This document shows, piece by piece, positions 42,118-52,801 of a stretch of DNA of 64,000 nucleotides (the stretch's first letter is position 1; every line of letters begins with the position of its first letter). A program made the position numbers and the translations under genes. Where the stretch lies: positions 128,001 to 192,000 of the forward strand of contig JBALDB010000053.1 in NCBI GenBank assembly GCA_036918135.1. Reading direction: 5' to 3'. The notes below the pieces were generated by a model, which was not told the DNA's origin, did no database searches, and saw only the letters and a list, made by a program, of their open reading frames with translations. Source of the stretch: Nostoc sp. (GTDB lineage: Bacteria > Cyanobacteriota > Cyanobacteriia > Cyanobacteriales > Nostocaceae).

Positions 42118-42846
42118 GTGGATATTTTAGATTTGTTTTACAAGGGCGGGCCAGCGATGTGGCCAATGCTTGTTCTATCGATTCTGTCTTTGAGTGTAAT
42201 TTTTGAGCGTTTGTGGTTCTGGTTGCGAATTTTCTCTCAGGAAAAGCAAATAGTCGATCGCGTCTTAGATGCTGCTCATGATGATTGGCAAGTCGCTGGA
42301 GATATTGCTCGACAAGCAAACGATCAGCCTGTGGGGCGTTTTCTTTATGCCCCGTTACACTTAAATAAAAGTGATACGGAAACCTTTCGCTTAGCACTGG
42401 AGTCCACCGCTGAAGATGAATTGGCAGGAATGCGGCGAGGTGAAAAACTTTTAGAAGCAGTAATTGCTCTCGCCCCCCTATTGGGATTATTGGGTACTGT
42501 TCTGGGTTTAATTCATTCTCTGCGCTCAATTCGCATTGGCGATTTGGGAACCGAATCTACAGCTGGCGTGACTACTGGTATTGGTGAATCTTTAATTAGT
42601 ACGGCAACCGGGCTAATAGTTGCCATTATTAGTTTGGCATTTTATCGCCTGTTTCAAGGTTTTGTAGTCAATCAAGTCAAAGTTTTTCGCAAAGCAGGGA
42701 ATGAGTTGGAATTGCTCTATCGCCAGTCTCCACCTGATTTTAGTAATACGACATCACCAATTGTGCGGGAAAATTTTACTCCACCCCGCAAGCAAGGGAA
42801 AAGTAGGTTTTCTGCGCCTCCTCAACCCCCAAATACACCTGAGTAA
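42118..42846 (+). CDS. exbB: MotA/TolQ/ExbB proton channel protein
   Basis: [27 protein letters not shown]. Confidence 0.9.
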   Translation: MDILDLFYKGGPAMWPMLVLSILSLSVIFERLWFWLRIFSQEKQIVDRVLDAAHDDWQVAGDIARQANDQPVGRFLYAPLHLNKSDTETFRLALESTAEDELAGMRRGEKLLEAVIALAPLLGLLGTVLGLIHSLRSIRIGDLGTESTAGVTTGIGESLISTATGLIVAIISLAFYRLFQGFVVNQVKVFRKAGNELELLYRQSPPDFSNTTSPIVRENFTPPRKQGKSRFSAPPQPPNTPE

Positions 42847-42887
42847 TAGTCAAAAATTTAACCCCAAACCAGGTTTGAGAGTGAGAT

Positions 42888-43571
42888 ATGAAAGTTAATC
42901 TACATACTCCAATTGAAGAGATCCAAGTTCAAATCATTCCTTTAATTGATGTTGTTTTTTGTATTCTGACGTTTTTTTTGTTAGCGGCACTGCAATTTAC
43001 GCGCCAACAGGCAATAAATGTTGATTTACCGAAAGCCAGCACCAATACAGTATCTGGGATAACGTCACAAACTGGCAGTGTGATTGTAACTATCGATGCC
43101 GTAGGCAATACTTACATAGAAAAACTGCCTGTAAAACGCGAGGATTTGGCACAAAGGTTAAAACAGGAACTCCAAGCAAAGCCTGGTGCGATTCTAGTGC
43201 TGAATGCTTCACGCACAGCAACTTACAATGATGTGATTGAGACATTGGACTTGCTGCGCCAAGTAGGCGGCGATCGCGTTTCTTTGGGAATTATTCCCGG
43301 CCCATCTCAATCGCCGACAAACTCACTTAACCAGCCTTCTATACCTTCTTTTCCAATCAATCCTGGTGAAGCACCAGTTCCAGGCGTCAACCCCGAAGGC
43401 AGTCTTACCCCCAGATTTCCTTTAGCGCCTAATTCCGTACCCTTGCCCAGGGTAACTGCTCAACCTCCAACCGGGCAAGGCATCAGTCCTCTCAATCCTG
43501 GTATTTCCAACCCACCAGCATCCTCAGCACCTGTAGCACCTAAACAAAGCCAATCTACTCCTAAAAGGTAA
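42888..43571 (+). CDS. exbD: ExbD/TolR protein with Pro-rich tail
   Basis: IIPLIDVVFCILTFF, VDLPKA. Confidence 0.9.
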   Translation: MKVNLHTPIEEIQVQIIPLIDVVFCILTFFLLAALQFTRQQAINVDLPKASTNTVSGITSQTGSVIVTIDAVGNTYIEKLPVKREDLAQRLKQELQAKPGAILVLNASRTATYNDVIETLDLLRQVGGDRVSLGIIPGPSQSPTNSLNQPSIPSFPINPGEAPVPGVNPEGSLTPRFPLAPNSVPLPRVTAQPPTGQGISPLNPGISNPPASSAPVAPKQSQSTPKR

Positions 43572-43810
43572 GATGAGGTGGCAGACGAGGAAGTAGGAGG
43601 AGATCGGGGAGATAAGGAGGAAAATACTTCTTTATTTCCCTTATCCTCGCTACTCCCCTTTGCAGTTTTTTCCCAAACCTAAAGATATCCAGAATAAAAT
43701 TCGGCTAGAGAAAAAATTCTGTTAATTTACAAATAATTGGTTGAGTTTGAAAGATTTTCCCATAGGTAGGCTATACCACCAATTGCCATTCACGTTTCAA
43801 GGGTTGTGGC

Positions 43811-44173
43811 ATGAATCTTGTAACGCTTTTAATTGTTTGGATAGTAACAGCTATCAGCTTATTAATAATTAGTAAATTGCCTTTGGGAGTTGAAATTGAC
43901 ACTCCAGGTAAAGCCTTCTTTTCGGCAGCAGTACTTGGGATTGTGACAGCAATAGTCCGACCATTTTTAAGACTCCTTTTCGCAGTCCCAAATTTACTCA
44001 CATTCGACTTATTATCCAGCATTTTCACATTTATCATTGCTGTAGCTTGTTTTAGTATTGCTGCTTGGTTAGTCGAAGGTTTTCGCTTGCGTTACGGTAT
44101 TTGGAGTGCTGTTCTTGGAGCATTTGCGCTGACTTTAATCAATAGCTTAATCTATAAAATCTTGGGTGTATAA
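43811..44173 (+). CDS. 4-TM phage-holin-like (YvlD) family membrane protein
   Basis: Four hydrophobic helices; AAWLVEGF, WSAVLGA. Confidence 0.85.
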   Translation: MNLVTLLIVWIVTAISLLIISKLPLGVEIDTPGKAFFSAAVLGIVTAIVRPFLRLLFAVPNLLTFDLLSSIFTFIIAVACFSIAAWLVEGFRLRYGIWSAVLGAFALTLINSLIYKILGV

Positions 44174-44240
44174 AACTAAATTCAGGAGTTATGAGTGAGG
44201 AATGAGGAGTTATTGATAATTCCTAACTCCTCACTCATGA

Positions 44241-44948
44241 TTATTCATTGGAAGTTGGAGGAGCAACTTGAGTAGTTGATTGTTGTTTGCGTTGTTCGCG
44301 TTTTTTGCGATCGGCTGAGAGCATATCTGCCATCACTACCAGTGCTTGCGCCATCTTGTCTAGGTTAGAACGATATAGTTCCAAATCTTTGCTAAATTTG
44401 TCCTCAGACAAATGCAAGCCTGCGGCGATCGCTTTGAGTGCTTGAGTGAGTTGCTTTTGGTCTTTGACTAATTCGGGATCTGATAATTCCAGTAATGAAA
44501 ATATCCCAATTGCAAACAAACGGTTGTATTTAAAGTTAGAATTATTGGCGATCGCTTGCAATTGTGCTTGCAAATCAGCATCTCGATCTAAATTAGTCGT
44601 TTGGCTCAGCCAGGCAATTAAATCTTTAACTGGCAAATTTTCAGCTACAGAGCGCAATCTTTGGGCATCCTGTTGATAGCGTTGCGGGTCTTGTTCTATA
44701 GCCTGACATAAGGCGTTAAAAATTGATTCTCGATCCCGTTCTGGTTGATAGCCTTCCATGAAGCGGTCAAAAGTAGTGACGACGCCCAAGGCATAAATTG
44801 GATTGTAGCTAAAATCAATATTTACTGATAGCAGATGCATCTCCACCATCAACTCTTCTACTACCCGACGATAAATAGTGTTGATCGGACGGGTATGCAA
44901 ATTGTAGAAAGTTCGCTTTGTATCAGAGACAGTACGGACGTTATTCAC
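44241..44948 (-). CDS. psb29: photosystem II biogenesis protein Psb29/Thf1
   Basis: TVSDTKR.F, IYRRVVEELMVEMHLL, KDLELYRSNLDKM. Confidence 0.96.
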   Translation of the reverse strand: MNNVRTVSDTKRTFYNLHTRPINTIYRRVVEELMVEMHLLSVNIDFSYNPIYALGVVTTFDRFMEGYQPERDRESIFNALCQAIEQDPQRYQQDAQRLRSVAENLPVKDLIAWLSQTTNLDRDADLQAQLQAIANNSNFKYNRLFAIGIFSLLELSDPELVKDQKQLTQALKAIAAGLHLSEDKFSKDLELYRSNLDKMAQALVVMADMLSADRKKREQRKQQSTTQVAPPTSNE

Positions 44949-45153
44949 AAAGAAAATATTAAGGGCGATGTATTTTTATTTTCTCGCTTAAAGGCTACTT
45001 TGCCAAGTTTAGGTTTTGGCCGATGACAGTTTCATTTACAATATAAACAAATCAAAAGTAGTTTGAAAGTTGGTAGCCACAGGGGCTAAGAACTCTCTCC
45101 CCTAAAAAAACTAACCAAAAATTATCACCTTTAATAATTTATCGATCCCATTT

Positions 45154-45750
45154 ATGAGCTTCTCGCCACAGTTAACTGCTTTAGGTGAGTATCTAGCTGG
45201 TGAATTTGATAATCGGGAACAAGCCATCGGAGAACCAGTTTGGTATGTCCACCTGCGCCTGTGGCAAAGACCAGTTAACTTATTCCCAGAAGATAGCATT
45301 ACCCTGTTTGCCGAACAGGCTAATATTATTAACTTAGATCGACCTTACCGCCAGCGAATTATGCGGTTGCGCCAGGGAAGCGATTCTCATGCACCCCTGC
45401 AAGTGCAATATTATATGCCTAAAAATCCAGAAGCATTAAAAGGCGCAGGTGATAATTCTGCCCTACTGAATACACTCTCACCCAATCAATTAGATTTACT
45501 ACCAGGTTGTATCCTCACAGTCAATTATGAAACACTAGCTGGCGATCGCTATAAGTTTACCGCTACCCCACTACCAGAAACTTGTTGCAGCTTTACTTAT
45601 TTGGGCAATACTATCCAAGTTTCCTTAGGGTTTGAAGCCACAGCAGGAGAATTTAAAAGCTATGACAAAGGAATCGATCCTGCTACTGGACAAGCAATTT
45701 GGGGAGCAATTCTCGGCCCTTATCACTACACCAAGCGAAATCAGTATTGA
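45154..45750 (+). CDS. CpcT/CpeT-family chromophore lyase
   Basis: FDNREQA, PYRQR, PGC, YDKG.D..TG...WG. Confidence 0.9.
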   Translation: MSFSPQLTALGEYLAGEFDNREQAIGEPVWYVHLRLWQRPVNLFPEDSITLFAEQANIINLDRPYRQRIMRLRQGSDSHAPLQVQYYMPKNPEALKGAGDNSALLNTLSPNQLDLLPGCILTVNYETLAGDRYKFTATPLPETCCSFTYLGNTIQVSLGFEATAGEFKSYDKGIDPATGQAIWGAILGPYHYTKRNQY

Positions 45751-45794
45751 GTAAGAGCGAGTTATGAGTTATGAGTTAATTCCTCACTCCTGTA

Positions 45795-45820
45795 TAGACG
45801 CGATTAATCGCGTCTCTACT
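45795..45820. repeat. palindromic REP-like repeat
   Basis: AGACGCGATTAATCGCGTCT perfect palindrome within STRR tract. Confidence 0.7.
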
Positions 45821-45833
45821 CCTAACTCTTCTC

Positions 45834-46202
45834 TTAACTAGCAATACTACGAGGTACACCTTCTAAAGCTTCCTCTTCAGTTTCAAAGATTTCAAACACA
45901 GTATCCATCATCGTCACTTCAAACACGAGTTTGGCTTCTGGATGTACATTGCAGATGCGGAAACTACCTTTAACTTTATCTGCATCACGCATTCCGGCTA
46001 CCAAAGACGTGAGACCAGAACTATCAATAAAATTAACCTGTCCCAGATTTACAACCACATGACGACTGAGTTTGGAAATACACTCCTGTAACTTTAGGCG
46101 AAATTGCCAAGCAGTCGTAATGTCTAGGCGACCGACTGGTGTCAAGACAATAACGGTATTTCCATCTTGGGTTGTATAAGTTTTTTGGTCTATTTGAATC
46201 AC
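45834..46202 (-). CDS. STAS-domain anti-sigma factor antagonist
   Basis: GRLD, V.FIDSSGL. Confidence 0.92.
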   Translation of the reverse strand: MIQIDQKTYTTQDGNTVIVLTPVGRLDITTAWQFRLKLQECISKLSRHVVVNLGQVNFIDSSGLTSLVAGMRDADKVKGSFRICNVHPEAKLVFEVTMMDTVFEIFETEEEALEGVPRSIAS

Positions 46203-46364
46203 TAAAGCCCTCCCCGTGGCATTTATCTTAAATTAACTAGCTACAAAACTGTTATAATGCTGCGACTTGAAATTAACAAGCTACAGCTAAAATAGTCACT
46301 TTTACATCCTAAGTGCTTACATTTAGTAGTTTAACTCACCAAAACAGTGCTGAGTAGCAATTTT

Positions 46365-46530
46365 TAATTGGGAATGGGAAGTAGGGACTGGGGACTGGGG
46401 AGATGGGGAGGTGTGGGAGGATGGGCAAGATAGGGAATAAATCTTTCCCCCTTCTCTCCCCACACTTCCCACACCTCCCACACCTTGTGAAAAATCCGGG
46501 CTATGCCCCCATTCACCAGTTTCCATTACC
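46365..46530. repeat. STRR-type tandem repeats forming an inverted array
   Basis: GGGACTG/GGGAATG heptamers and CCCACAC(C/T)T nonamers. Confidence 0.8.
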
Positions 46531-46551
46531 CTATGCCTAATTTTTAAGTCA

Positions 46552-47595
46552 CTATTGAGGTGGTGTCCAATTGACCCAATCTTGAGGTTTTAAGAAGGTT
46601 TCATATAACTCCGCTTCCGGGGAATTGGGTTCTGGCTGATAGCCATATTCCCAGCGCACTAAGGGTGGTAGTGACATAAGAATTGATTCGGTGCGTCCGT
46701 TGGTTTGCAGACCAAAAATAGTGCCTCGGTCGTAAACCAAGTTAAATTCTACATATCGTCCCCGGCGATAGAGTTGAAAATTTCGTTGGCGATCGCCATA
46801 CTCAATCCCATGTCGCCGTTCTACAATTGGTACGTAAGCTGGTAAAAATGCTCGACCACACTCTTGCACAAAGGCAAATAAATCTTCCCAATTACGCGGT
46901 GCTAGTTCTCCCACCTTGTTGCTATAATTAGCTGCTTCTCCATTGGGATCTGGGCCACGATATAAACTACCTTGACCATCTTGGTAATCAAAAAACAAAC
47001 CGCCGACGCCTCTTGTTTCACCGCGATGTTTCAGGTAAAAATATTCGTCACACCACCGCTTGAACGTTGGGTAATACTCTGGGTGGTGTTTGTCGCAAGC
47101 TTGTTTTAAAGTTTTGTGTAAATGTGTTGCATCTTCAGCAAACGGGTAATAGGGTGTCAAGTCCAGACCACCACCAAACCACCACACTGGCCCAGCTTCA
47201 AAGTAGCGATAGTTGAGATGGACTGTAGGCACGTAGGGATTGCGTGGGTGTAACACCATTGAAGTACCCGTGGCATAAAAGCCGTGCCCTGCCCCTTCAG
47301 GGCGTTGAGCTAAAATTGATGCCGGTAAATGGGAACCCCAAACTTCAGAAAAATTTACACCACCTTGTTCAAATATTGCACCATCGCGCAGCACGCGCGA
47401 TCGTCCTCCACCTCCTTCTGGGCGTTCCCAACTATCTTCGTGAAACTTACCCTCACCATCTATTTTTGTTAAAGCTTGCGTAATCTCGTCTTGCAGCTGT
47501 TTCATAAACTGACTAACCCTAGTCTGAGCGTCAGTTGCTGGCAAAGACTTGGATGAATCTATTGGTAGAGTTGGTGTTTGCGAGTCAATCAACAT
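46552..47595 (-). CDS. hemF: oxygen-dependent coproporphyrinogen III oxidase
   Basis: [37 protein letters not shown]; likely ATG at 47595. Confidence 0.97.
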   Translation of the reverse strand: MLIDSQTPTLPIDSSKSLPATDAQTRVSQFMKQLQDEITQALTKIDGEGKFHEDSWERPEGGGGRSRVLRDGAIFEQGGVNFSEVWGSHLPASILAQRPEGAGHGFYATGTSMVLHPRNPYVPTVHLNYRYFEAGPVWWFGGGLDLTPYYPFAEDATHLHKTLKQACDKHHPEYYPTFKRWCDEYFYLKHRGETRGVGGLFFDYQDGQGSLYRGPDPNGEAANYSNKVGELAPRNWEDLFAFVQECGRAFLPAYVPIVERRHGIEYGDRQRNFQLYRRGRYVEFNLVYDRGTIFGLQTNGRTESILMSLPPLVRWEYGYQPEPNSPEAELYETFLKPQDWVNWTPPQ

Positions 47596-48044
47596 AGATT
47601 TTGAACCTAAATTACAATTTCCAGAAAGCCACAAATTTCTCATCTTAAAATTTGGGGAAACACGCGCCAGCAATCAAGCTTGACTTGCCCAACCTGCTTT
47701 TTTCTGAGTGGTTAAGCATTTTTAGGATTGATGGGCATCACTAGAGTTATTTTCCCTCAAATGCGTATAGGCTTGTATATTGACTGAGTTTCTTTGAAAT
47801 TATTAATGAAATTTTTAATTGGAATATTCTGGTATAAACACTAGAATTTAGTCTTAACCTGAGGTATCAGGGGTTTGACTCGTCTGCGGAAAACTTCTGC
47901 GCCATATTTGTAATTTGGCGGTTAGCATCTGCACCGAATATACCCTTGCTATGCTCAAAGCAATTTTGAGAAAGTTTTCATCTAGGGCTAAACGTGGTTG
48001 CCCAAAGTACCAGAAAGTGTCTAGCGAGGACGAGGATTAGGAAA

Positions 48045-48569
48045 ATGCAAGGTTGGTTATCCAAATTCATCCACCGCAAACGTCGTCGGTTTTGCGCTTC
48101 TCTGGTGCGGACGTATCGAGAGATTACTTGTGCTTCTGTAGATGAATTGTGGCAAAAAGTGGTTGACTTAACAGATGTTTCCTGGCATCCACTACTTAAA
48201 AGTACCAATGTGCCCTATGGATTAGTACCCAAACCAGGATTAATCTTTCAAGCTGTAACACGCTTTTCGCCAATTCCAATCCGGATTTTCGTGGAACGCG
48301 TCAATCCTAGAGAGTTGCTAAGTATCCGAGTCATGGCAATTCCTGGGATAGAAGAACGGGTAACTTACCAAGTAGAATCTACGGTTTGTGGTACTTGTTT
48401 ATCTTATTCTGTAACACTACGCGGTTGGTTGTCACCCCTAATCTGGTCTTTATCTCGTCCTTATGTAGACCGCGTTGCCCGCTCTTTAATTGAAGCAGTA
48501 GAAAAGACGACATTACCAGCAGTATCAACTAAGAAAAAATCCCTTAATGATAGTTGTTTTGATTTTTAG
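48045..48569 (+). CDS. SRPBCC family protein
   Basis: ASVDELWQKV.DL..VSWHP; AGGA RBS before ATG at 48045. Confidence 0.8.
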   Translation: MQGWLSKFIHRKRRRFCASLVRTYREITCASVDELWQKVVDLTDVSWHPLLKSTNVPYGLVPKPGLIFQAVTRFSPIPIRIFVERVNPRELLSIRVMAIPGIEERVTYQVESTVCGTCLSYSVTLRGWLSPLIWSLSRPYVDRVARSLIEAVEKTTLPAVSTKKKSLNDSCFDF

Positions 48570-48920
48570 GGACTGGGGACTAGGTACTAGGGGCTGGGAA
48601 GATAGTAAAGATAGGAAAAAATAACTCTTAACTCCTCACTCACCAATTAGCACCAAGCAATCACCACTGCCAATCCCCAATACCTAGTTCCCTATACCTA
48701 GTACCTAAAGAAAGTTAAGATTCTATTAGGTGGTAATCCAATTTCCTAAGTTTTATTACGACAGTAATAGTGAAAATACTAATCTGCTCTTGCTTTTATT
48801 TGCATCCAGTTAATAGCTAAGATGCTGACTAAGATTGTATTTCTTCATTTTCAACAGAACTTACCAGCTTCTGCCTTCCTTAAATCAAAACTTCGGTAAA
48901 TTTGGAATTTTGAATTTTTT

Positions 48921-49991
48921 ATGTACGATGTCCTTGATTCTCGCTCTGTCTTAGAAGTGTTGCGACCAGTGCAAGACCCAGAACTTCGCAAAAGTCTGGT
49001 AGAACTGAACATGATTCGCAACGTCAAAATTGATGCTGGCAAGGTTAGTTTCACTTTAGTGTTAACTACTCCTGCCTGTCCTTTACGTGAATTTATTGTT
49101 GAAGATTGTCAAAAAGCTGTTAAAAAACTACCAGGCGTTACAGATGTAAATGTAGAAGTCACAGCAGAAACACCGCAACAAAAAAGTTTGCCCGACCGCA
49201 CTGGCATTTCTGGAGTAAAAAATATCATTGCTGTTTCTAGCGGCAAAGGTGGTGTTGGAAAAAGTACTGTGGCGGTGAATGTCGCAGTGGCTTTAGCTCA
49301 AACAGGAGCAAAAGTCGGCTTATTAGATGCTGATATTTATGGGCCTAATGACCCGACCATGCTGGGGCTGGCAGATGCCGAAATTGCTGTACGCTCAACC
49401 GAAAAAGGTGAAATTCTAGAACCTGCTTTTAATCACGGCGTCAAATTGGTTTCAATGGGCTTTTTGATTGACCGAGATCAACCAGTGATTTGGCGAGGGC
49501 CGATGCTAAATGGTGTAATTCGCCAGTTTCTCTATCAAGTGCAATGGGGAGAACTCGACTATTTGATTGTAGATATGCCACCAGGAACTGGAGATGCTCA
49601 GTTAACCTTAACTCAAGCAGTACCGATGGCAGGGGCAGTAATTGTTACTACACCGCAAAATGTAGCGCTGTTAGATTCTCGTAAGGGATTACGGATGTTC
49701 CAGCAGATGAACGTCCCAGTATTGGGAATCGTGGAAAATATGAGTTATTTTATCCCACCAGATATGCCAGATAAGCAGTACGACATTTTTGGTTCCGGGG
49801 GTGGCTCCAAAACAGCTGCTGAATTAGATGTCCCACTTTTGGGCTGTGTGCCATTAGAAATTTCTACGCGAGTTGGCGGTGATAGCGGTGTGCCAATAGT
49901 GGTTGCTGACCCAGATTCAGCTTCAGCAAAAGCATTAACAGCGATTGCTCTTACCATTGCTGGTAAAGTCTCAGTTGCCGCTTTAACATAA
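48921..49991 (+). CDS. apbC: Mrp/ApbC Fe-S cluster carrier ATPase
   Basis: SGKGGVGKST, DADIYGP, IWRGPM, DMPPGTGD, ENMS. Confidence 0.95.
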   Translation: MYDVLDSRSVLEVLRPVQDPELRKSLVELNMIRNVKIDAGKVSFTLVLTTPACPLREFIVEDCQKAVKKLPGVTDVNVEVTAETPQQKSLPDRTGISGVKNIIAVSSGKGGVGKSTVAVNVAVALAQTGAKVGLLDADIYGPNDPTMLGLADAEIAVRSTEKGEILEPAFNHGVKLVSMGFLIDRDQPVIWRGPMLNGVIRQFLYQVQWGELDYLIVDMPPGTGDAQLTLTQAVPMAGAVIVTTPQNVALLDSRKGLRMFQQMNVPVLGIVENMSYFIPPDMPDKQYDIFGSGGGSKTAAELDVPLLGCVPLEISTRVGGDSGVPIVVADPDSASAKALTAIALTIAGKVSVAALT

Positions 49992-50147
49992 TAAATTTTA
50001 ATTGCTATCTGCTTGTTGGGCTATACCTGGGAATACTAGGGACTGGCGATTGGGGACTAGGAACTGGGGAAGAATTTTTCCAATACCCAGTACCCAGTAC
50101 CCAATGCCCAATGCCCAACAATCAAATCTAAAGTCTAAAGTCACACA

Positions 50148-51506
50148 ATGTTATTAAAACGCTCGCTTCCCAAATTTCGCTGGAAGTCTTGGGTTAAACC
50201 TTGGCAATATGTAGATTGGTTACTATTTTGTCTACCGATTGCTATCAGTATTTTTGGCGGTCTGATGATTCTGAGTACGGAACTAAAACAGCCAGTAACC
50301 GACTGGTGGTGGCATTGGTTGGTAGCGGCTATTGGTGTGCTGATAGCGCTGTTTTTAGCTCGTACCCGTTACGAAATCTTGATGCAGTGCCACTGGGTAA
50401 CCTATGGACTGACAAATTTCAGCTTAATCGCCGTGATGATTGCTGGTACTAGTGCCAAAGGGGCACAGCGGTGGATTAGTGTTGCTGGCTTTAACGTACA
50501 ACCCTCAGAGTTTGCCAAAGTCGGTATAATTATCACCTTAGCAGCTTTGCTACATAAGCGTACTGCTTCAAAACTCGAAAGTGTTTTCCACGTGCTAGCA
50601 ATCACTGCTATACCTTGGGGATTAGTATTTTTACAGCCAGATTTAGCAACATCATTAGTATTTGGGGCGATCGTCTTGGGAATGCTCTACTGGGCAAATG
50701 CTAACCCAGGCTGGTTAATTCTGATGATTTCTCCTGTGGTTGCTGCCATTTTGCTTAGTATATCTTGGCCTTTAGCAGAGCCGATAGTTTTATTTAAAGA
50801 GCTATCTTTTGGGCCGTTGGGTGTAGTTTGGTCAGTCGCTAAAGAGCTATCTTTTGGGCCGTTGGGTGTAGTTTGGTCAGTCGCTATGGCTATTGTGGGC
50901 TGGCTAACTCTGCCTTGGCGTCGATTTTATTTGGGTGCTATTGGTGCGTGGAGTCTGAATATACTGGGTGGTGAATTAGGAGTTTTTGCGTGGAATCATA
51001 TTTTGAAACCATATCAAAAAGACCGACTAACTGTATTCATCGACCCCGACCACGATCCCTTAGGTGCTGGGTATCACTTGATTCAATCTCGCATTGCAAT
51101 TGGTGCTGGTGAAATTTGGGGATGGGGTCTGTTTAAAGGCCCAATGACACAACTGAATTTCGTCCCAGAACAGCATACAGACTTTATTTTCTCCGCAGTC
51201 GGCGAAGAATTCGGTTTTGCTGGTTGTTTATTAGTACTATTTGTCTTTTGCTTAATTTGCTTTCGTCTACTGCATATTGCTCAAACCGCCACAGACAATT
51301 TTGGTTCGTTATTGGCTATTGGCGTTTTGTCCATGATTGTGTTTCAGTTAATTGTCAACGTTGGCATGACAGTCGGCTTAGCGCCTGTAGCAGGAATTCC
51401 CTTACCTTGGATGAGTTATGGGCGTTCTGCTATGCTGACTAACTTCATTTCCTTGGGAATAGTAGAATCGGTAGCAAATTTTCGCCAAAGACAGAAGTAT
51501 TATTAA
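50148..51506 (+). CDS. rodA: rod shape-determining protein RodA
   Basis: GAQRWI, QPSEFAK, QPDL, PEQHTDFIFS, SYG. Confidence 0.95.
   Translation: MLLKRSLPKFRWKSWVKPWQYVDWLLFCLPIAISIFGGLMILSTELKQPVTDWWWHWLVAAIGVLIALFLARTRYEILMQCHWVTYGLTNFSLIAVMIAGTSAKGAQRWISVAGFNVQPSEFAKVGIIITLAALLHKRTASKLESVFHVLAITAIPWGLVFLQPDLATSLVFGAIVLGMLYWANANPGWLILMISPVVAAILLSISWPLAEPIVLFKELSFGPLGVVWSVAKELSFGPLGVVWSVAMAIVGWLTLPWRRFYLGAIGAWSLNILGGELGVFAWNHILKPYQKDRLTVFIDPDHDPLGAGYHLIQSRIAIGAGEIWGWGLFKGPMTQLNFVPEQHTDFIFSAVGEEFGFAGCLLVLFVFCLICFRLLHIAQTATDNFGSLLAIGVLSMIVFQLIVNVGMTVGLAPVAGIPLPWMSYGRSAMLTNFISLGIVESVANFRQRQKYY
50796..50885 (+). repeat. perfect 45-bp in-frame tandem duplication inside rodA
   Basis: AAAGAGCTATCTTTTGGGCCGTTGGGTGTAGTTTGGTCAGTCGCT x2 (KELSFGPLGVVWSVA x2). 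Confidence 0.95.
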
Positions 51507-51643
51507 TTCGTCATTAGTCATTAGTCATTAGTCAGTTGTCATTTGTCCTTTGTCCTTTGTTAGTTAAGGAAAACCAATGACCAATGACCAATGACTATTA
51601 ACAAGTATTAAGCTATTAACAGGAAACAAGCGAGGCTAAAAAG

Positions 51644-51841
51644 ATGATTCTGCCTGGAGCAACTGTTCGTGTAAAAAATCCCGCAGATACCTATTATCGC
51701 TCTGAAGGACTCGTGCAACGAGTAAGTGATGGCAAGGTAGCCGTACTGTTTGAAGGTGGTAACTGGGATAAATTAATTACCTTCCGCCTGAAGGAATTGG
51801 AACTTGTAGAGACCACAGCCGGACGTAAAAAAGGAAAATAG
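51644..51841 (+). CDS. ndhS: NDH-1 subunit NdhS
   Basis: [36 protein letters not shown]. Confidence 0.95.
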   Translation: MILPGATVRVKNPADTYYRSEGLVQRVSDGKVAVLFEGGNWDKLITFRLKELELVETTAGRKKGK

Positions 51842-52000
51842 ATTAGTAATTTGTCCTTAGTCATTTGTCCTTGGTCATTTGGCAAGGACAAAGCGCAAAG
51901 TCATGACTGCCTGCTTGCGGTGTAGACGCCCAAAGGGAGACTTACCAGAGGCATCGGAACTTTGCAAAAGAGGACTAATGACTAATGACTCTTGACAATT

Positions 52001-52657
52001 ATGCGCCTTCCTTTACCACAGTTTGACACAAGCGATCGCCATCCCAACCACTTTGCCGAGGTAATTGAAACTACTAGTACTGAATTTTTGGCACAATGTT
52101 TGGAACCTGAAGATTTAAGCTTTCCCTCTATGCCACCTTTTGGTAGTTGGGTTTGTGGTGTAGATGAAGAATCTGGCAATATGGTTTACGCTGTAGTGTA
52201 TTATGCCACAACCATGCCCATAGATTCCGTACACCGGGCTAGAGCTTTGGGGTTGTCCTTGCAAGACTTACGGGAGGAACAACCCCAGATATTTGCCATG
52301 CTCAGAACGGAATTCCGAGCTGCGATCGTTGGATTTGAACTATCTCCACAAAATCCAAGTTATAACCGAAGAGTATATCAGTATCTACCACCCCGTCCTC
52401 CGCAAATTCATCAAGCTGTTTATCGGTGCGAACCAGAAGCGATCGTCAAATTTACTGAAGAACTAGATTTTTTGCGGACACTCCTTTGTATTAATGGTGC
52501 GCCAGTAGAGTCTTTGACCGCAGCTGCCATTCGAGATGTATATCAGTTACGTAAAGCTGACCGAGAATGGCTAATTAAAGCTGGGCGAAGCCTAAGCGTG
52601 CTACTTAAAGACGACTACGATCGCTTGCGATTCATTTTGAGTCAAATCCACCCGTAG
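52001..52657 (+). CDS. HAS-barrel domain protein
   Basis: AEVIET....F.AQC, PPFGSWV, YLPPRPPQIH. Confidence 0.8.
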   Translation: MRLPLPQFDTSDRHPNHFAEVIETTSTEFLAQCLEPEDLSFPSMPPFGSWVCGVDEESGNMVYAVVYYATTMPIDSVHRARALGLSLQDLREEQPQIFAMLRTEFRAAIVGFELSPQNPSYNRRVYQYLPPRPPQIHQAVYRCEPEAIVKFTEELDFLRTLLCINGAPVESLTAAAIRDVYQLRKADREWLIKAGRSLSVLLKDDYDRLRFILSQIHP

Positions 52658-52801
52658 GTAGTTAGTTCAAAGACAATTGTCTAGTTTAGTAGTAAGTTAA
52701 GATTTTTGATTTTTCGTCAGGTGGCTTCTATATTGATTTTTATCAATTAAGCGATCCTCAAGGCGATCGCCATTTTCCCATAGCCTCTTCAATTCCTACC
52801 T

